64,000 nucleotides of DNA from an uncultured Acidimicrobiia bacterium (GCA_963786955.1 CAWBAT010000009.1:128001-192000); one strand, 5' to 3'; counted from the first letter of the stretch, positions 50,534 to 61,444 are shown. Translations and numbers: made by a program. Notes: generated by a model not told the origin, from the sequence alone.

Positions 50534-51893
50534 GGATCACCTCCGGGACGTGGCCTTTCTTTTCAACGTGGCCCGACTCCTCGGGGCCGTGAACGATCTC
50601 CAGCCGAACCAGAAACAGGAAGAGCAGGCCCAGGACCAAATACAGGCCGCAGAAGCCTACCAACGAGAACAGGGCGTCTCCGGAGTGTACGGCGGGGCTG
50701 GCACCCTGGGAAGTGCGGAACAGCCCGTAGACCAGCCAGGGCTGCCGTCCCAGTTCCGCCGCCATCCAGCCGGCTGTCGTGGCGATGTAAGGGAACGGGA
50801 AGGCCAACATGAGGAGCCCAAGCAGGGGACGGTTGCTGTACAACTTCCCCCGAAATCGCTGTAGGTTGGCTAGTCCCATGAGCCCGATGAAGAGCGTGCC
50901 CAGCCCCGCCATGATGTGGAAGGCGTAGTAAAGGAGCTCAATGTTGTCCGGCCATTGATCCTTCGGGAACGCGTCGAGTCCAGCGACCTCGCTGTGGAAC
51001 GTTCCGTAGGCGAGAAAGCTTAACATCCCCGGCAGTTTGACCGGGTTGTCAAGCCGCCGCTCATGCACGTTGGGCTGGCCGATGAGCGTGATCTCCGCCT
51101 TGGGACCGCTCTCGAAGCGGCCTTCCATCGCCGCGAGCGCGGCCGGCTGATGGCGGGCGACCATCTTCGCCTGTATGTCTCCGGTCGGGAAGGCGACAAG
51201 CAGGGACGAGGCCAGCCCGAGCGCCGTTCCCCAGCTCAGGAACAGGCGCGCCTGTTCCCGGTGGACCCCTTGGAGCGAGTAGAAGGCGCCTACGGCGGTG
51301 ACCACAAACGAGCCGGTCACGAGGGCGGCCGTCATGTTGTGCGCGTACAAGACTCCGGCCCAGGGATTGAGGAGGTAGGCTCCGATGTCCGTGAGCTGGA
51401 TCGTGGCTCCAGGCCCGGCAGTGTAACCCACCGGATACTGCATAAAGGCGTTCGTCACCAGGATGAAGTAGCCGGAGAGCCAGCTCCCGAGGAAAACCGC
51501 GAGGACGGCGACGAAGTGGCCCCTCGGGCCGAGGCGCTTTTCTCCCCAGATCATGGCCCCAATGAAGGCGCTCTCCAGCAAGAAGGCAAACATACCTTCC
51601 ATCGCGAGCGTCTGACCGATGACTCCTCCGGAGAACCGGGTGAATTCCGACCAGTTTGTCCCGAACTGGAACTCCATCGGGATGCCGGTCACGACGCCTA
51701 GCGCGAAGTTGATGCCGAAGATGCGGGACCAGAATCGGACGGCACGCGCGTAGCATTCGTCTCCCGTGCGGAGCGCCCGCCATCTCCAGAACACCAGGAT
51801 CGGCGCCAGCCCCATGGTCAACTGGGGGAAGAGATAGTGATACGTGATCGTGAAGGCGAATTGAAGCCGGTGCCAGAATAGTGCGTCATCCAT
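50526..51893 (-). CDS. cydA: Cytochrome bd ubiquinol oxidase subunit I
   Basis: RLQFAFTITYHYLF, EFQFGTNW, NAFMQYP, ELGRQPW. Confidence 0.96.
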   Translation of the reverse strand: MDDALFWHRLQFAFTITYHYLFPQLTMGLAPILVFWRWRALRTGDECYARAVRFWSRIFGINFALGVVTGIPMEFQFGTNWSEFTRFSGGVIGQTLAMEGMFAFLLESAFIGAMIWGEKRLGPRGHFVAVLAVFLGSWLSGYFILVTNAFMQYPVGYTAGPGATIQLTDIGAYLLNPWAGVLYAHNMTAALVTGSFVVTAVGAFYSLQGVHREQARLFLSWGTALGLASSLLVAFPTGDIQAKMVARHQPAALAAMEGRFESGPKAEITLIGQPNVHERRLDNPVKLPGMLSFLAYGTFHSEVAGLDAFPKDQWPDNIELLYYAFHIMAGLGTLFIGLMGLANLQRFRGKLYSNRPLLGLLMLAFPFPYIATTAGWMAAELGRQPWLVYGLFRTSQGASPAVHSGDALFSLVGFCGLYLVLGLLFLFLVRLEIVHGPEESGHVEKKGHVPEVIHG

Positions 51894-52050
51894 GATTGTT
51901 CCTCGGTGCTTCTTTTACCAATTGTTGTTAAGCTGACAAAGGCATTCGCCTGGCAGTGACACTCACCGACCTGCTCGATCGGGTGAACAGGAAGGCAAGA
52001 TTCTCCGACGCAAAAAAACCATTGCGGATGAGAAGATCTCCCTCAACGTC

Positions 52051-52239
52051 AGCCGCCGCCAGACCGGTCTGCCAATCGCTTAAGAACCAGACCCAGTCAA
52101 AACCCAGCTCTGCCAGGCGATCTAACTCGGCCTCCGGAACGTCGTCCAGCGCAGCCGGTCGACCGAGTACCTGAGACAACTCGGTCAGCCAGACACGGGT
52201 GTTAATTTGGTACAGCGAAGGATATCGAAGATCAGACCT
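52051..52239 (-). pseudogene. 5' fragment of an alpha-amylase (GH13) family gene, start codon lost
   Basis: After the GAGGAGG RBS the expected ATG reads AGG; YPSLYQINTRVWL...GFDWVWFLSDWQTG, then truncated. Confidence 0.72.
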
Positions 52240-52248
52240 ATTCCCTCC

Positions 52249-54990
52249 TCAATTCCCGGCCGTCGCTACTCCTCCCACCTGCTCTCTCACGACCTTGGCG
52301 TACAGGACCCCGCGTTCGCTTTCCAGCAGTCTCTTGGCGTCGACACGACCAAAGATGTCTAGCAGTGGGGCGATCAAACCGGTCCACCCCGTCTGGTGGC
52401 TGGCCCCGAGGCCCGCTCCATTGTCACCGTGGAAGTACTCATGAAACAGGATCAGGTCGCGCCAGTGCGGATCGTCCTGGAACTTAGCCATCCCGCCGTA
52501 AACCGGTCGCCGTCCATTGGCGTCACTCAGGAAAGTGCCCGCCAGCCGGCGGACAAGCTCCTGCGCCACTTCGAACAGCGTCATGTACCGGCCGGATCCG
52601 GTCGGACACTGAACCTTGAATTCGTCACCGTAAAAGCTGTATAGGTTAGTCAATGCCCGGACGATCAGCGCATTGACCGGCATCCACACCGGCCCCCGCC
52701 AGTTCGAGTTCCCGCCGAACATCCCGGTATTCGATTCAGCCGGCAGGTACTGCACCTTGTACTCCTGATGACCCACCCAAAATAAGAACGGATGATCCAG
52801 GTGATAGCGCGAGAGAGAACGAATGCCGTGCGGCCCCAGAAACTCATTCTCGTCAAGCAGGTAACCGAGCACCCGCTCCAGTTTCTGCTTGTTGAGGATA
52901 GACAACAACCGCCGACCCTTGCATCCAATGAAACCCGCGTCTGTCGGAGCTACTTGGGAAACCAGCTCCGGATGACGTTTCCGAAACAGAGCGATTAGCT
53001 CCATGAGTCTCGGATGTCGCGTCACGTCCTCCGACTCAAACACCGTGGAGGCGCACAGCGGCAGCAGCCCCACTAGCGACCGCACCTTCAGACGCATGGC
53101 CTGGCCGCCGGGCAGGCGCAGCAGATCGTAGAAGAACCCGTCCTCCTCATCCCACATCTCGTCGTGATGCTCGCCGACACGGTCCATCGCATAGGCAATC
53201 CACATGAAATGCTGGACGAACTTGAAGGCAACCTCCTCGTACATCGGGTCGTATTCGGTCAGAATCAGAGCAATCTCCAGCATGTTCTGGCAGTAAAACG
53301 CCATCCAGGCTGTCCCGTCCGCTTGCTCCAGCGACCCGCCAGTCGGCAGCTGCGCGCTCCGGTCGAAAACCCCAATGTTGTCGAGGCCCAGAAAGCCGCC
53401 GGCGAAGACGTTCTTCCCGGAAGGATCTTTGCGGTTCACCCACCAGTTGAAGTTCTGCATCAACCCTTGGAATGATCGTTCCAGAAACCGCAGGTCCGCC
53501 CGGCCCAGTTGCTTTTCATATTTGTAAAGCCAGAGCGTGGCAAAGGCGTGCACCGGCGGGTTCACGTCGCTGAAGTTCCACTCGTAGGCCGGAATCTGGC
53601 CGCTCGGGTGGAAGTACAGGCTCCGTAGCATCAGCAGCAGCTGCTCCTTGGCGAAATCGAAATCCACCAGTGCCAGGGAGACCGTATGAAACGCCAGATC
53701 CCAGGCTGCATACCAGGGGTACTCCCACTTGTCCGGCATCGAAATCACGTCGGCATTCAGCATGTGGAACCATTCTGTGTTCCGCACGTCTTGCCGGGCG
53801 GATTCGAGCAGCGGATGACTCTTGTGCTCGCGCAGCCATCTCTCCAGGTCGAAGTAGTAAAACTGCTTGCTCCAGAGCATTCCCGCCAGCGCCTGGCGGT
53901 GTACCCGGCGCTGATCTTCGTTCAGCGATTGCGCCGTAATCCGGTTGTAAAATTCGTCTGCGTCGGCGATGCGGCTCTTGAATATCTTCTCGAAATCTCC
54001 GAATGCATCTTTTAACTTGGCGGACGATAGACGAAGGCGGACGGTCTTGCTGCCGCCGCCGGGGACATCGAGGACACAATGGGCCGCGGCCTTGGTCCCC
54101 ACCTTGTCGGGATTCACCGCCTCGCCGGACCCCGAGATGAGGTACTCGTGGAAGGAGTCTTTGACATAGGGGGTGGTATTGGGCTGGCCCCAAAGACGGT
54201 AACCATTGCTCTCATTTTCCGTGAACAGCAATTCCGGAGCTCCATCACAATACAGCCAGTACTCACCCAACTCATGGTGGGAGGCTTGAATCGTGCCCGG
54301 GCTCGTCTCCCGCAGCAAAGGCTTTCGATCGTCCTCACCCCACGACCAGGTATTCCGGAACCATAACGTCGGCAAGACACGCAGTCGGGCCGTTTCCGGA
54401 CCGCGATTGTGGACGGTGACGCGGATGAGGACGTCTTCCGGGCCTTCCTTGGCGTATTCCACGAACACGTCAAAGTACCGGTCGTCATTAAACACGCCTG
54501 TGTCGAGTAACTCGTACTCGAACTCTTCCCGCGACCGTCTCCGGTTCGTCTCGATCAGGTCCCGGTAGGGGTACTCCCGCTGCGGGTACTTGTACAGATA
54601 CTTCATGTAGGAGTGCGTGGGAGTGCTGTCGAGGTAGAAGTAGTACTCCTTCACGTCCTCGCCATGGTTCGCCTCGCTGTTGGTGAGGCCAAAGAGGCGC
54701 TCTTTCAGGATGGGGTCCCGCTCGTTCCACAGAGCGAGGGCAAAGCACAGCCGTTGCTTGTCATCCGAGATTCCCCCCAGCCCGTCTTCGCCCCACTTGT
54801 AGGCCCGGGAGCGCGACTGGTCATGAGTGAAATAGTCCCAGGCGTTACCATCCTCGCTATAGTCTTCGCGCACCGTGCCCCACTGCCTCTCGCTCAAGTA
54901 GGGCCCCCATTTCTTCCACGGGATGCCTGCTTCGCGGGCGTCATTCAACCGCTTCTGTTCGGTGACATCGATGATCTTTTGCTCTGCCAT
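52249..54990 (-). CDS. MGH1/GH63-like glucosidase
   Basis: WGPYLSERQWGTVREDYS, MPDKWEYPWYAAWDL, GGNSNWRGP, GASHQTGWT. Confidence 0.92.
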   Translation of the reverse strand: MAEQKIIDVTEQKRLNDAREAGIPWKKWGPYLSERQWGTVREDYSEDGNAWDYFTHDQSRSRAYKWGEDGLGGISDDKQRLCFALALWNERDPILKERLFGLTNSEANHGEDVKEYYFYLDSTPTHSYMKYLYKYPQREYPYRDLIETNRRRSREEFEYELLDTGVFNDDRYFDVFVEYAKEGPEDVLIRVTVHNRGPETARLRVLPTLWFRNTWSWGEDDRKPLLRETSPGTIQASHHELGEYWLYCDGAPELLFTENESNGYRLWGQPNTTPYVKDSFHEYLISGSGEAVNPDKVGTKAAAHCVLDVPGGGSKTVRLRLSSAKLKDAFGDFEKIFKSRIADADEFYNRITAQSLNEDQRRVHRQALAGMLWSKQFYYFDLERWLREHKSHPLLESARQDVRNTEWFHMLNADVISMPDKWEYPWYAAWDLAFHTVSLALVDFDFAKEQLLLMLRSLYFHPSGQIPAYEWNFSDVNPPVHAFATLWLYKYEKQLGRADLRFLERSFQGLMQNFNWWVNRKDPSGKNVFAGGFLGLDNIGVFDRSAQLPTGGSLEQADGTAWMAFYCQNMLEIALILTEYDPMYEEVAFKFVQHFMWIAYAMDRVGEHHDEMWDEEDGFFYDLLRLPGGQAMRLKVRSLVGLLPLCASTVFESEDVTRHPRLMELIALFRKRHPELVSQVAPTDAGFIGCKGRRLLSILNKQKLERVLGYLLDENEFLGPHGIRSLSRYHLDHPFLFWVGHQEYKVQYLPAESNTGMFGGNSNWRGPVWMPVNALIVRALTNLYSFYGDEFKVQCPTGSGRYMTLFEVAQELVRRLAGTFLSDANGRRPVYGGMAKFQDDPHWRDLILFHEYFHGDNGAGLGASHQTGWTGLIAPLLDIFGRVDAKRLLESERGVLYAKVVREQVGGVATAGN

Positions 54991-55100
54991 GGTTTGTCCT
55001 CCTCTACGGTGTCTTTCCTCAATAAACCAATGCGACCGATAACCTGTCCAATCTTAGGCTAATATTACTCCCCTGCAAAGCGGACTGCATCAGAAACTGT

Positions 55101-56195
55101 TCACTGCACGCGGGGCGGCAACAGGTAAAGGGTCATGGCGAAGATTAGATATACCATCAGCACCAAAACTCCAACGAACCAGGCCGACCGACCGCTATTC
55201 GTGACCAGAGAGGCGGTCAATGTCGCGATCAGCATCATCACGACCGCACCGGGCCAAAACTGCAGGCTCATCGGCGTCGGACCCATGACGTAACTGAGCA
55301 GCACCAGCACCGGCGCGACAAAAAGCGCAATTTGGGCGGCGCTCCCCAACGCGATGCCCACGCTCAGGTCCAGCCGATTTTTGCGGGCCCCCGAAAACGC
55401 CGAGCCCATCTCCGCCGCACCGCCCACCAGCGCCACGACGATAAAACCTACAAACGCGGGCGTCATCCCGAACGCCACCGCTGCCTGCTGCACCGACTCA
55501 ACAAAAACTTCGCTCACCAGCGCTACGAACACCGTGACGCCGGCAAGCGTGGCGAGGGCCAGGCCCAAAGGCCACGGCGCCTCACCAGCTTCTCCGGGTT
55601 CGGCACTGGCAAACAGCTCGCGGTGAGTCTTGAGCGAGAACAACATCCCCAGCCCGTAAGCGACGATGAGCAGCACCGCCAGACCAAGACTTAAGTTCTG
55701 GGTGAACGCCGCTCCCGCCGCCGAGTCAGCTTCGCCGACCGCCGATGGAACCAACAGTGCGACTGTGGCTAGGAAGAGCAGGCCGGCTTGAACTCGGGCA
55801 CTGACCCGGTTGTATTCCTGCACGTGGTGCTTGAGTCCGCCAAGCAGAAACGACGCGCCCAACACGAACAGCGTGTTGGTGACAATCGCCCCGGCGACGG
55901 ATGCCTTCACCAGCATGTATTGCCCGGCACGCAAGGCAGCGAGCGCGATGACCAATTCGGTCAGGTTTCCCAGCGTGGCGTTGAGTAAGCCACCGACCGA
56001 ATCGCCTGTTTTGGCCGCTACGGATTCGGTGGCATGACTCAGAAGCGCCGCCAGGGGCACGATGGCCAGGACGGACAGCACGAATAGCAGCGTGTGAGCT
56101 TCGGGCTGAAGTTTCTCGGCAGCGAAAACCACGGGCACAAAGGCCAGAAGCCAGAGCAGTGGATTGTGACGGATTTCTTTTAAGAGAGGGCTCAT
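55101..56195 (-). CDS. cax: Calcium/proton exchanger (CAX/ChaA)
   Basis: GGLLNATLGNLTE and GGAAE alpha repeats, LGSAAQIALFVAP. Confidence 0.92.
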   Translation of the reverse strand: MSPLLKEIRHNPLLWLLAFVPVVFAAEKLQPEAHTLLFVLSVLAIVPLAALLSHATESVAAKTGDSVGGLLNATLGNLTELVIALAALRAGQYMLVKASVAGAIVTNTLFVLGASFLLGGLKHHVQEYNRVSARVQAGLLFLATVALLVPSAVGEADSAAGAAFTQNLSLGLAVLLIVAYGLGMLFSLKTHRELFASAEPGEAGEAPWPLGLALATLAGVTVFVALVSEVFVESVQQAAVAFGMTPAFVGFIVVALVGGAAEMGSAFSGARKNRLDLSVGIALGSAAQIALFVAPVLVLLSYVMGPTPMSLQFWPGAVVMMLIATLTASLVTNSGRSAWFVGVLVLMVYLIFAMTLYLLPPRVQ

Positions 56196-56245
56196 GAGAG
56201 TTCACTCCATAGCATCGGTCGAACGATCTTTAGGCTGGGTTACGG

Positions 56246-57328
56246 CTAGTCTCCTAGGGAAATTCCAAGCGCCCGCGCGGTGCGCGCAAGATTGCCGTCG
56301 GGTGGAACGGTTTTCAAACGACCAACGGCTTCCCTGATCTTTACTCCCTTCACTCCCAGGCCGGTGAACGCAACCATTTGGCCGAAAACACCCGCGGCGA
56401 TAAGTTCCACCGCCGTCGCGCCAAACATGGAGCAAAGTGCGCGGTCAAATGGGGTCGGACTGCCGCCGCGCTGGAGGTGGCCAAGCACGCAATTGCGCAC
56501 CTCCTTGCCCGTGCGTCGTCCCAACTCGGCCGACACCACCGCGCCAATGCCGCCGAGCCGCGCCTCGCGATTAGCCTCTTGGACGGCAGAAGTTACGAAG
56601 TCGGCATTCTTTTCCCGCGCACCTTCCGCCACGACGACGAGTGTAAACTCCTTTCCTTGACCCTCGCGCTCCCGGACCTTCGCGCAAACGCTTTCGTAGG
56701 AGAACGGGATTTCAGGAATCAGAATCACGTCGGCTCCGCCTGCCACTCCCGCGTAAAGTGCAATCCAACCCGCGTAGCGCCCCATCACCTCGAGCACCAT
56801 TACGCGCTTGTGGCTCTCCGCCGTGGTGTGCAACCGGTCGAGCGCGTCGGTTGCGCAGGCCACGGCCGAGTCAAACCCGAAGGTCATGATCGTGCCCTCA
56901 AGATCGTTGTCGATCGTCTTGGGCACGCCCACGAGCGGAATGCCGTATTCATGCAACTGCTGCGCGATGGTCAGTGAGCCATCGCCTCCGATGGAAACAA
57001 GCGCGAAAATGCCGAGTGCTTCCATCCCAACTCGGACCCCTTCCAACAGTTCCGTCGGCAACTGCCGACTCTCACCATGCCCTGATTTCGAAGCGAACCT
57101 GCCGCGATTAGCGGTGCCCAGAATGGTACCTCCTCGCACCAGCAGCCCGCTGAGGGCATGGTAATCGAGGGGACGACATTGCCGTGGCTCCAGCAGCCCT
57201 TCGTAGCCCCCGAGGATACCGATGGTTTCCCAGCCGCGCATGGCCGCAGCCTTGGCGACGGCTCGAATGACGGCATTGAGGCCAGGACAGTCGCCCCCGC
57301 CGATTACTATGCCAAGTGTTTTTCTCAT
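56246..57328 (-). CDS. pfkA: 6-phosphofructokinase (PfkA family)
   Basis: GGDCPGLNA, GGTILGT, IGGDGS, PKTIDND, EVMGR, LGHLQRGG. Confidence 0.95.
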   Translation of the reverse strand: MRKTLGIVIGGGDCPGLNAVIRAVAKAAAMRGWETIGILGGYEGLLEPRQCRPLDYHALSGLLVRGGTILGTANRGRFASKSGHGESRQLPTELLEGVRVGMEALGIFALVSIGGDGSLTIAQQLHEYGIPLVGVPKTIDNDLEGTIMTFGFDSAVACATDALDRLHTTAESHKRVMVLEVMGRYAGWIALYAGVAGGADVILIPEIPFSYESVCAKVREREGQGKEFTLVVVAEGAREKNADFVTSAVQEANREARLGGIGAVVSAELGRRTGKEVRNCVLGHLQRGGSPTPFDRALCSMFGATAVELIAAGVFGQMVAFTGLGVKGVKIREAVGRLKTVPPDGNLARTARALGISLGD

Positions 57329-57797
57329 ATCTATTGATCGAGAACAGGTTGCAGAAATGTGTCTACTCAGTCGGCTACGGAGGAGAACCGTTTAAGTTCG
57401 TTGAGTCTATCATCGGCGCGCTCGCCACGCAACGGTGTGTCCACCCATGAATGCAACTTGATGGTCCTGCACACAGATGACTGCGGTGGTCAATTCGTCC
57501 GCGAGGCATGCAAGCGGGTGTGTCCTCTGCAGATCCTTTTGTAGTGCATCGTATCAGACGTTTGGAGACCTCCACGCCAGGCGGCACGCAAACTGGTCAC
57601 AGGGAAAATAGCCCGAGGGTTGCCCGGTCCATCCTTTCGCTGCCAGCACACACACCTCCAGCAAAGAAACCTAAACGCGTGCAATAGAGCCGAGCGTGGC
57701 GATGGCCATCGCGCAGGCCTCATTACTTCCCCGCGAGGGCTCGCAGAGCAAACTGTCATGAAGAGAAACTTGAAGAAGGGGAAATCGCATCCGGCTG

Positions 57798-57965
57798 GTA
57801 ATGCGTTAGTTATCGGGGGAATTTCTGGTAGGGCGCGCTCGCCGAGCGCGCCGCGGACGGCCCGGCGGTCCGTCCCTACCCACTCAGCCGCTACAGAAGC
57901 GACAATCTCAAATCGTCACCGAATGCCTTGCCCTTACAGATTTCCCCCCGTAACAAACGCATTAC
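57798..57965. mobile_element. 168-bp MITE, copy 1
   Basis: TIRs GTAATGCGTTAGTTA / TAACAAACGCATTAC; flanks TCCGGCTG / TCCGGTTG (8 bp, one mismatch). Confidence 0.8.
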
Positions 57966-58024
57966 TCCGGTTGGGCAAGATTACTATTTGACTCTATTCC
58001 CTGGTTTCCATTATAAGTTCGATC

Positions 58025-60433
58025 ATGGCTCGTATCTGCTCCTGGTTGCTCGATCACTCCCGCTTGAGTTTGTTCCTCATTTTCCTTCTGAGCGCAGGAT
58101 GGCTGATTCCCTTGCGCCACCTGGAGTTTGACAGTTCCTCAGCCTCTTTTATTCAAGCCAAGTCTAAACAGAATTCCTATCACGAAAAAATCCAACGAAT
58201 TTTTGGTAACGACGAAATTCTTCTCATCGGGATTACCAGCCCTGATTTACTGAAACGCTCCCTGTTGGAACAGATCCGGGAAGCAACGGCTAAAATGGAG
58301 AGGGTCGAAGGTGTCAAACGCGTATTAAGCCTCACGAACCTGATGGATGTTGAAGGGCAAGGGGACGAAGTCAAAATTAAACCCCTGGTTCCGGCAAATC
58401 TGGAAGCGTTAGACCTTGACGACTTGCGACTCCGCATCAGGTCAAATCCTCTTCTCGAGAAGCACGTCATATCCAAAGACCTCAAGAGCACATCGATCCT
58501 GGTCTTTTTGGAAAGCTTCGAACGCAAAAAGGCGCTTTCCCAAGGACGCTTCGTTACGCAAAAGGTGCATGAAATCGTTGACCCTCTGCGGCAGCACGCG
58601 GAGGTGTTCATTGGTGGCCTGCCGGAGATGGAGTTCGAGGGCACGACCAATATGATCAGTGACCTCAAGCTCTTCACCCCGCTAACCCTCATTTTGGTCG
58701 TGGGACTCCTCATCATGAGCTTCCGCTCCTGGCGCGGGATTTCATTACCTTTGCTGGCTGTGCTGATCGCTCTGCTCTGGACCCTGGGGCCCATGGCCCT
58801 CATTGGACGTCCCCTGACGATCACAACCCTCACGCTTCCGTCACTGCTGATTGCCAACGGCAGTTCCTATGTCATCCACTTCCTGACCCAATATTATCGC
58901 GCCTTGCTACGAGCCTACCGGCGGGAAGGGAGCACGTACAACTCAAGGGATACAACCTCCTTCCTCAACGCCCACGAATCAATCACTCCTCCTGCGCTAT
59001 TGGACAAGCAGCGTTATCGGGCGGTATTGCTTGAAACGCTCAGCTATACCCATGTCGCCATTCTCATCTCTGCCGCCACTACCATGGCTGGATTTGGGTC
59101 GCTGGTTATTAGTCCGATCCCGACCATTCGGGACTTCGGGATTTTTGCGACCTGGGGGGTATTTCTGGGTTATTTCCTTTGCATGACGCTGGTGCCCTTA
59201 CTCCTGTGGCATCATCGGATCCCCCCCCTAAAGGAAGTGCCGGGGCGAGAGGATAGTCATCGGCATTATCTGATGGGTAGACTCGGTCATTTTGATTTTC
59301 TCCGGGCGCCCTGGATTTATGGGGCGGCCCTGCTCTGCACAGTCTGGGCACTCTGGGGACTCTATCACTTGCAGGTTCATACCGACTACCTGGGCTACTT
59401 TCGCAAGTCTTCCCAAATTGCCAAGGCCTCAGAGGCTTTTGCTAGCCGTCTGGCAGGACTGGCCTCATTTTCTGTAGTGATCGAGGCTCAAGGAGACCGC
59501 TCAGTCCTGGATCCTGAAATCCTGAAGGCAGCCGATTCACTCCAGAATTCCCTGGGCCAAACAACGGAGATCGATAAAACCCTCTCAATCACCGACAGCT
59601 TGAAGTTGTTGAATCGCGCCTTTCATTCCGACGACCCCCAGTTTTACGTTCTACCTTCCGACCCGGCAGTCATCCAGGAATTGGTAGAATTTGCCGAATC
59701 GGACCCCAATAGCGTGACCGAAGAGTTCCTCAGTTCCGATCACCGATCCATGCGAATTCTGGTTCGCACCAGGATCTTCCGATCGACAGAACTCAGAAAC
59801 GAATTCAAAATGATTGAGCTTAAGAGCAAGGAGCTGTTTCCGGCTGACGTCCAGGTCCATTCGACGGGAACCCTGGTCTTGATGAATCAGACCTCAGACG
59901 GCGTGGCCGAAGGGCAAGTCGAGAGCCTCTTGCTCTCCACCTTGTTGATCTCAGCCATCGTCATCATTCTCTTCCGATCTTTCAAAGTGGGCGCACTCTC
60001 GCTGATCTCAGCCGGCCTGCCCGTTCTTTTCTTCTTTGGCCTCCTAGGCTGGACGGGAACTCCATTGAATATTAATACCAGTGTGATTGCCAATGTATCG
60101 ATCGGCATTGCCGTGGACAACTGCATTCATTACTTGATTCACTTTCGCCGACACAGGATTCGCAGGAAATTGGCGGTCCCTGAGGCCATGCGAGAAGCCC
60201 TCATGAGTGCCGGTGGCGCCATGATTTCCTCCGCGATTGCCCTGACCTTTGGGTTCCTCATCTTCGGCGCATCGCGTTTTGTACCGGTCTCTCAGTTTGG
60301 CTATTTGTCCGCTTCGGTCATGGGGGCCAATCTGATTGCCACGATCTTTCTGCTCCCTGCCCTTGTCCTGCTGCTGGGCCGGGAAACCGTGAAGAAAATG
60401 GATCTGGCTGAAGAAGCCTGCGAGGAATTGTAA
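58025..60433 (+). CDS. MMPL/RND-superfamily transporter
   Basis: Two repeats of TM + periplasmic domain + 5 TM; SAATTMAGFGSL, GIAVDNCIHYL. Confidence 0.92.
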   Translation: MARICSWLLDHSRLSLFLIFLLSAGWLIPLRHLEFDSSSASFIQAKSKQNSYHEKIQRIFGNDEILLIGITSPDLLKRSLLEQIREATAKMERVEGVKRVLSLTNLMDVEGQGDEVKIKPLVPANLEALDLDDLRLRIRSNPLLEKHVISKDLKSTSILVFLESFERKKALSQGRFVTQKVHEIVDPLRQHAEVFIGGLPEMEFEGTTNMISDLKLFTPLTLILVVGLLIMSFRSWRGISLPLLAVLIALLWTLGPMALIGRPLTITTLTLPSLLIANGSSYVIHFLTQYYRALLRAYRREGSTYNSRDTTSFLNAHESITPPALLDKQRYRAVLLETLSYTHVAILISAATTMAGFGSLVISPIPTIRDFGIFATWGVFLGYFLCMTLVPLLLWHHRIPPLKEVPGREDSHRHYLMGRLGHFDFLRAPWIYGAALLCTVWALWGLYHLQVHTDYLGYFRKSSQIAKASEAFASRLAGLASFSVVIEAQGDRSVLDPEILKAADSLQNSLGQTTEIDKTLSITDSLKLLNRAFHSDDPQFYVLPSDPAVIQELVEFAESDPNSVTEEFLSSDHRSMRILVRTRIFRSTELRNEFKMIELKSKELFPADVQVHSTGTLVLMNQTSDGVAEGQVESLLLSTLLISAIVIILFRSFKVGALSLISAGLPVLFFFGLLGWTGTPLNINTSVIANVSIGIAVDNCIHYLIHFRRHRIRRKLAVPEAMREALMSAGGAMISSAIALTFGFLIFGASRFVPVSQFGYLSASVMGANLIATIFLLPALVLLLGRETVKKMDLAEEACEEL

Positions 60434-60480
60434 GTCTTCCCAATGTCTTGAAATATGTGGAGTCACTCAGGAGTCCTTTC

Positions 60481-61272
60481 ATGAATCAGAGATCCGTCAT
60501 CGCGTCGTTATCCCTTTTGTCGCTCCTTACCCTGCAGATTGAGATGCAAGCCGACCCAAAGGGAGAACAACTCGTCAATCAATACCTCAACCAGTCTGCA
60601 CGCCGCAGCGCTATTTTTAAAATGGGGGTGGATTACCAGGAAGCGGGGAAGGAACCCATCCAGCTTGAGTTTACTTGGATGAGGAAGGCTAAGCAGGGAT
60701 TGATGTCGCATCTGATCAAGATGGAAGCCCCACCTTCGGAAAAAGGCAAGTTGCTGTTGGTGCATGAAAAACCGGATGGAGACTCAGACTATATCGCCTA
60801 TCGACCTAACAGCGCCCTCAAGAAAAAAGTCCGGGTGTCTGGAGCGCGAAATTACAAATTCAAAGGAATCACGATTTCAGTCCAAGAACTCATTGGGGGG
60901 GAATTGCAGAAATACGATCACCAAGCAAAGGGGATAAAACCGATCGACGGCATCCAATGCGCTGAGGTTGAGAATCGGATCAAGCCCCAGTTCAAAAACG
61001 ACTCGAACTATCCTCGATCCATCGCCTATTTCCGCGAGGACAACGGGATGCTCCAAAAGTGGGAATTGTTTGGGGACTCGGATAAGCTTGAAAAAGTCAT
61101 CTATGCCGATGAACTAAAGAAGATCCAGGGAAATTGGACGGTGGCTATAGCGCGTGTTGAAGACTTAAAGAAGAAGGGGAAACTGGTTTTGAAAGTAATT
61201 GAAGGAAACTACAATTCATCTCCTTCTGATGAATTGTTTAACGAGGATTATCTAAAACAAAACTCTAAGTAA
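60481..61272 (+). CDS. Outer-membrane lipoprotein-sorting (LolA-like) protein
   Basis: Signal peptide; P..EKG..LL...D..AY.P...KVR pattern; C-terminal DELFN..YL; usual partner of MMPL genes. Confidence 0.72.
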   Translation: MNQRSVIASLSLLSLLTLQIEMQADPKGEQLVNQYLNQSARRSAIFKMGVDYQEAGKEPIQLEFTWMRKAKQGLMSHLIKMEAPPSEKGKLLLVHEKPDGDSDYIAYRPNSALKKKVRVSGARNYKFKGITISVQELIGGELQKYDHQAKGIKPIDGIQCAEVENRIKPQFKNDSNYPRSIAYFREDNGMLQKWELFGDSDKLEKVIYADELKKIQGNWTVAIARVEDLKKKGKLVLKVIEGNYNSSPSDELFNEDYLKQNSK

Positions 61273-61276
61273 CTAA

Positions 61277-61444
61277 GTTATGCGTTAGTTATCGGGGGAA
61301 TTTCTGGTAGGGCGCGCTCGCCGAGCGCGCCGCGGACGGCCCGGCGGTCCGTCCCTACCCACTCTGCCGCTACAGAAGCGACAATCTCAAATCGTCACCG
61401 AATGCCTTGCCCTTACAGATTTCCCCCCGTAACTAACGCATTAC
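61277..61444. mobile_element. 168-bp MITE, copy 2
   Basis: Near-identical to 57798-57965 (3 differences seen); GTAACTAA on both flanks. Confidence 0.82.

Noticed and set aside
49560-57164. Numerous long plus-strand ORFs in the GC-rich block
   Set aside because: Antisense shadows expected from high-GC codon usage of the real minus-strand genes
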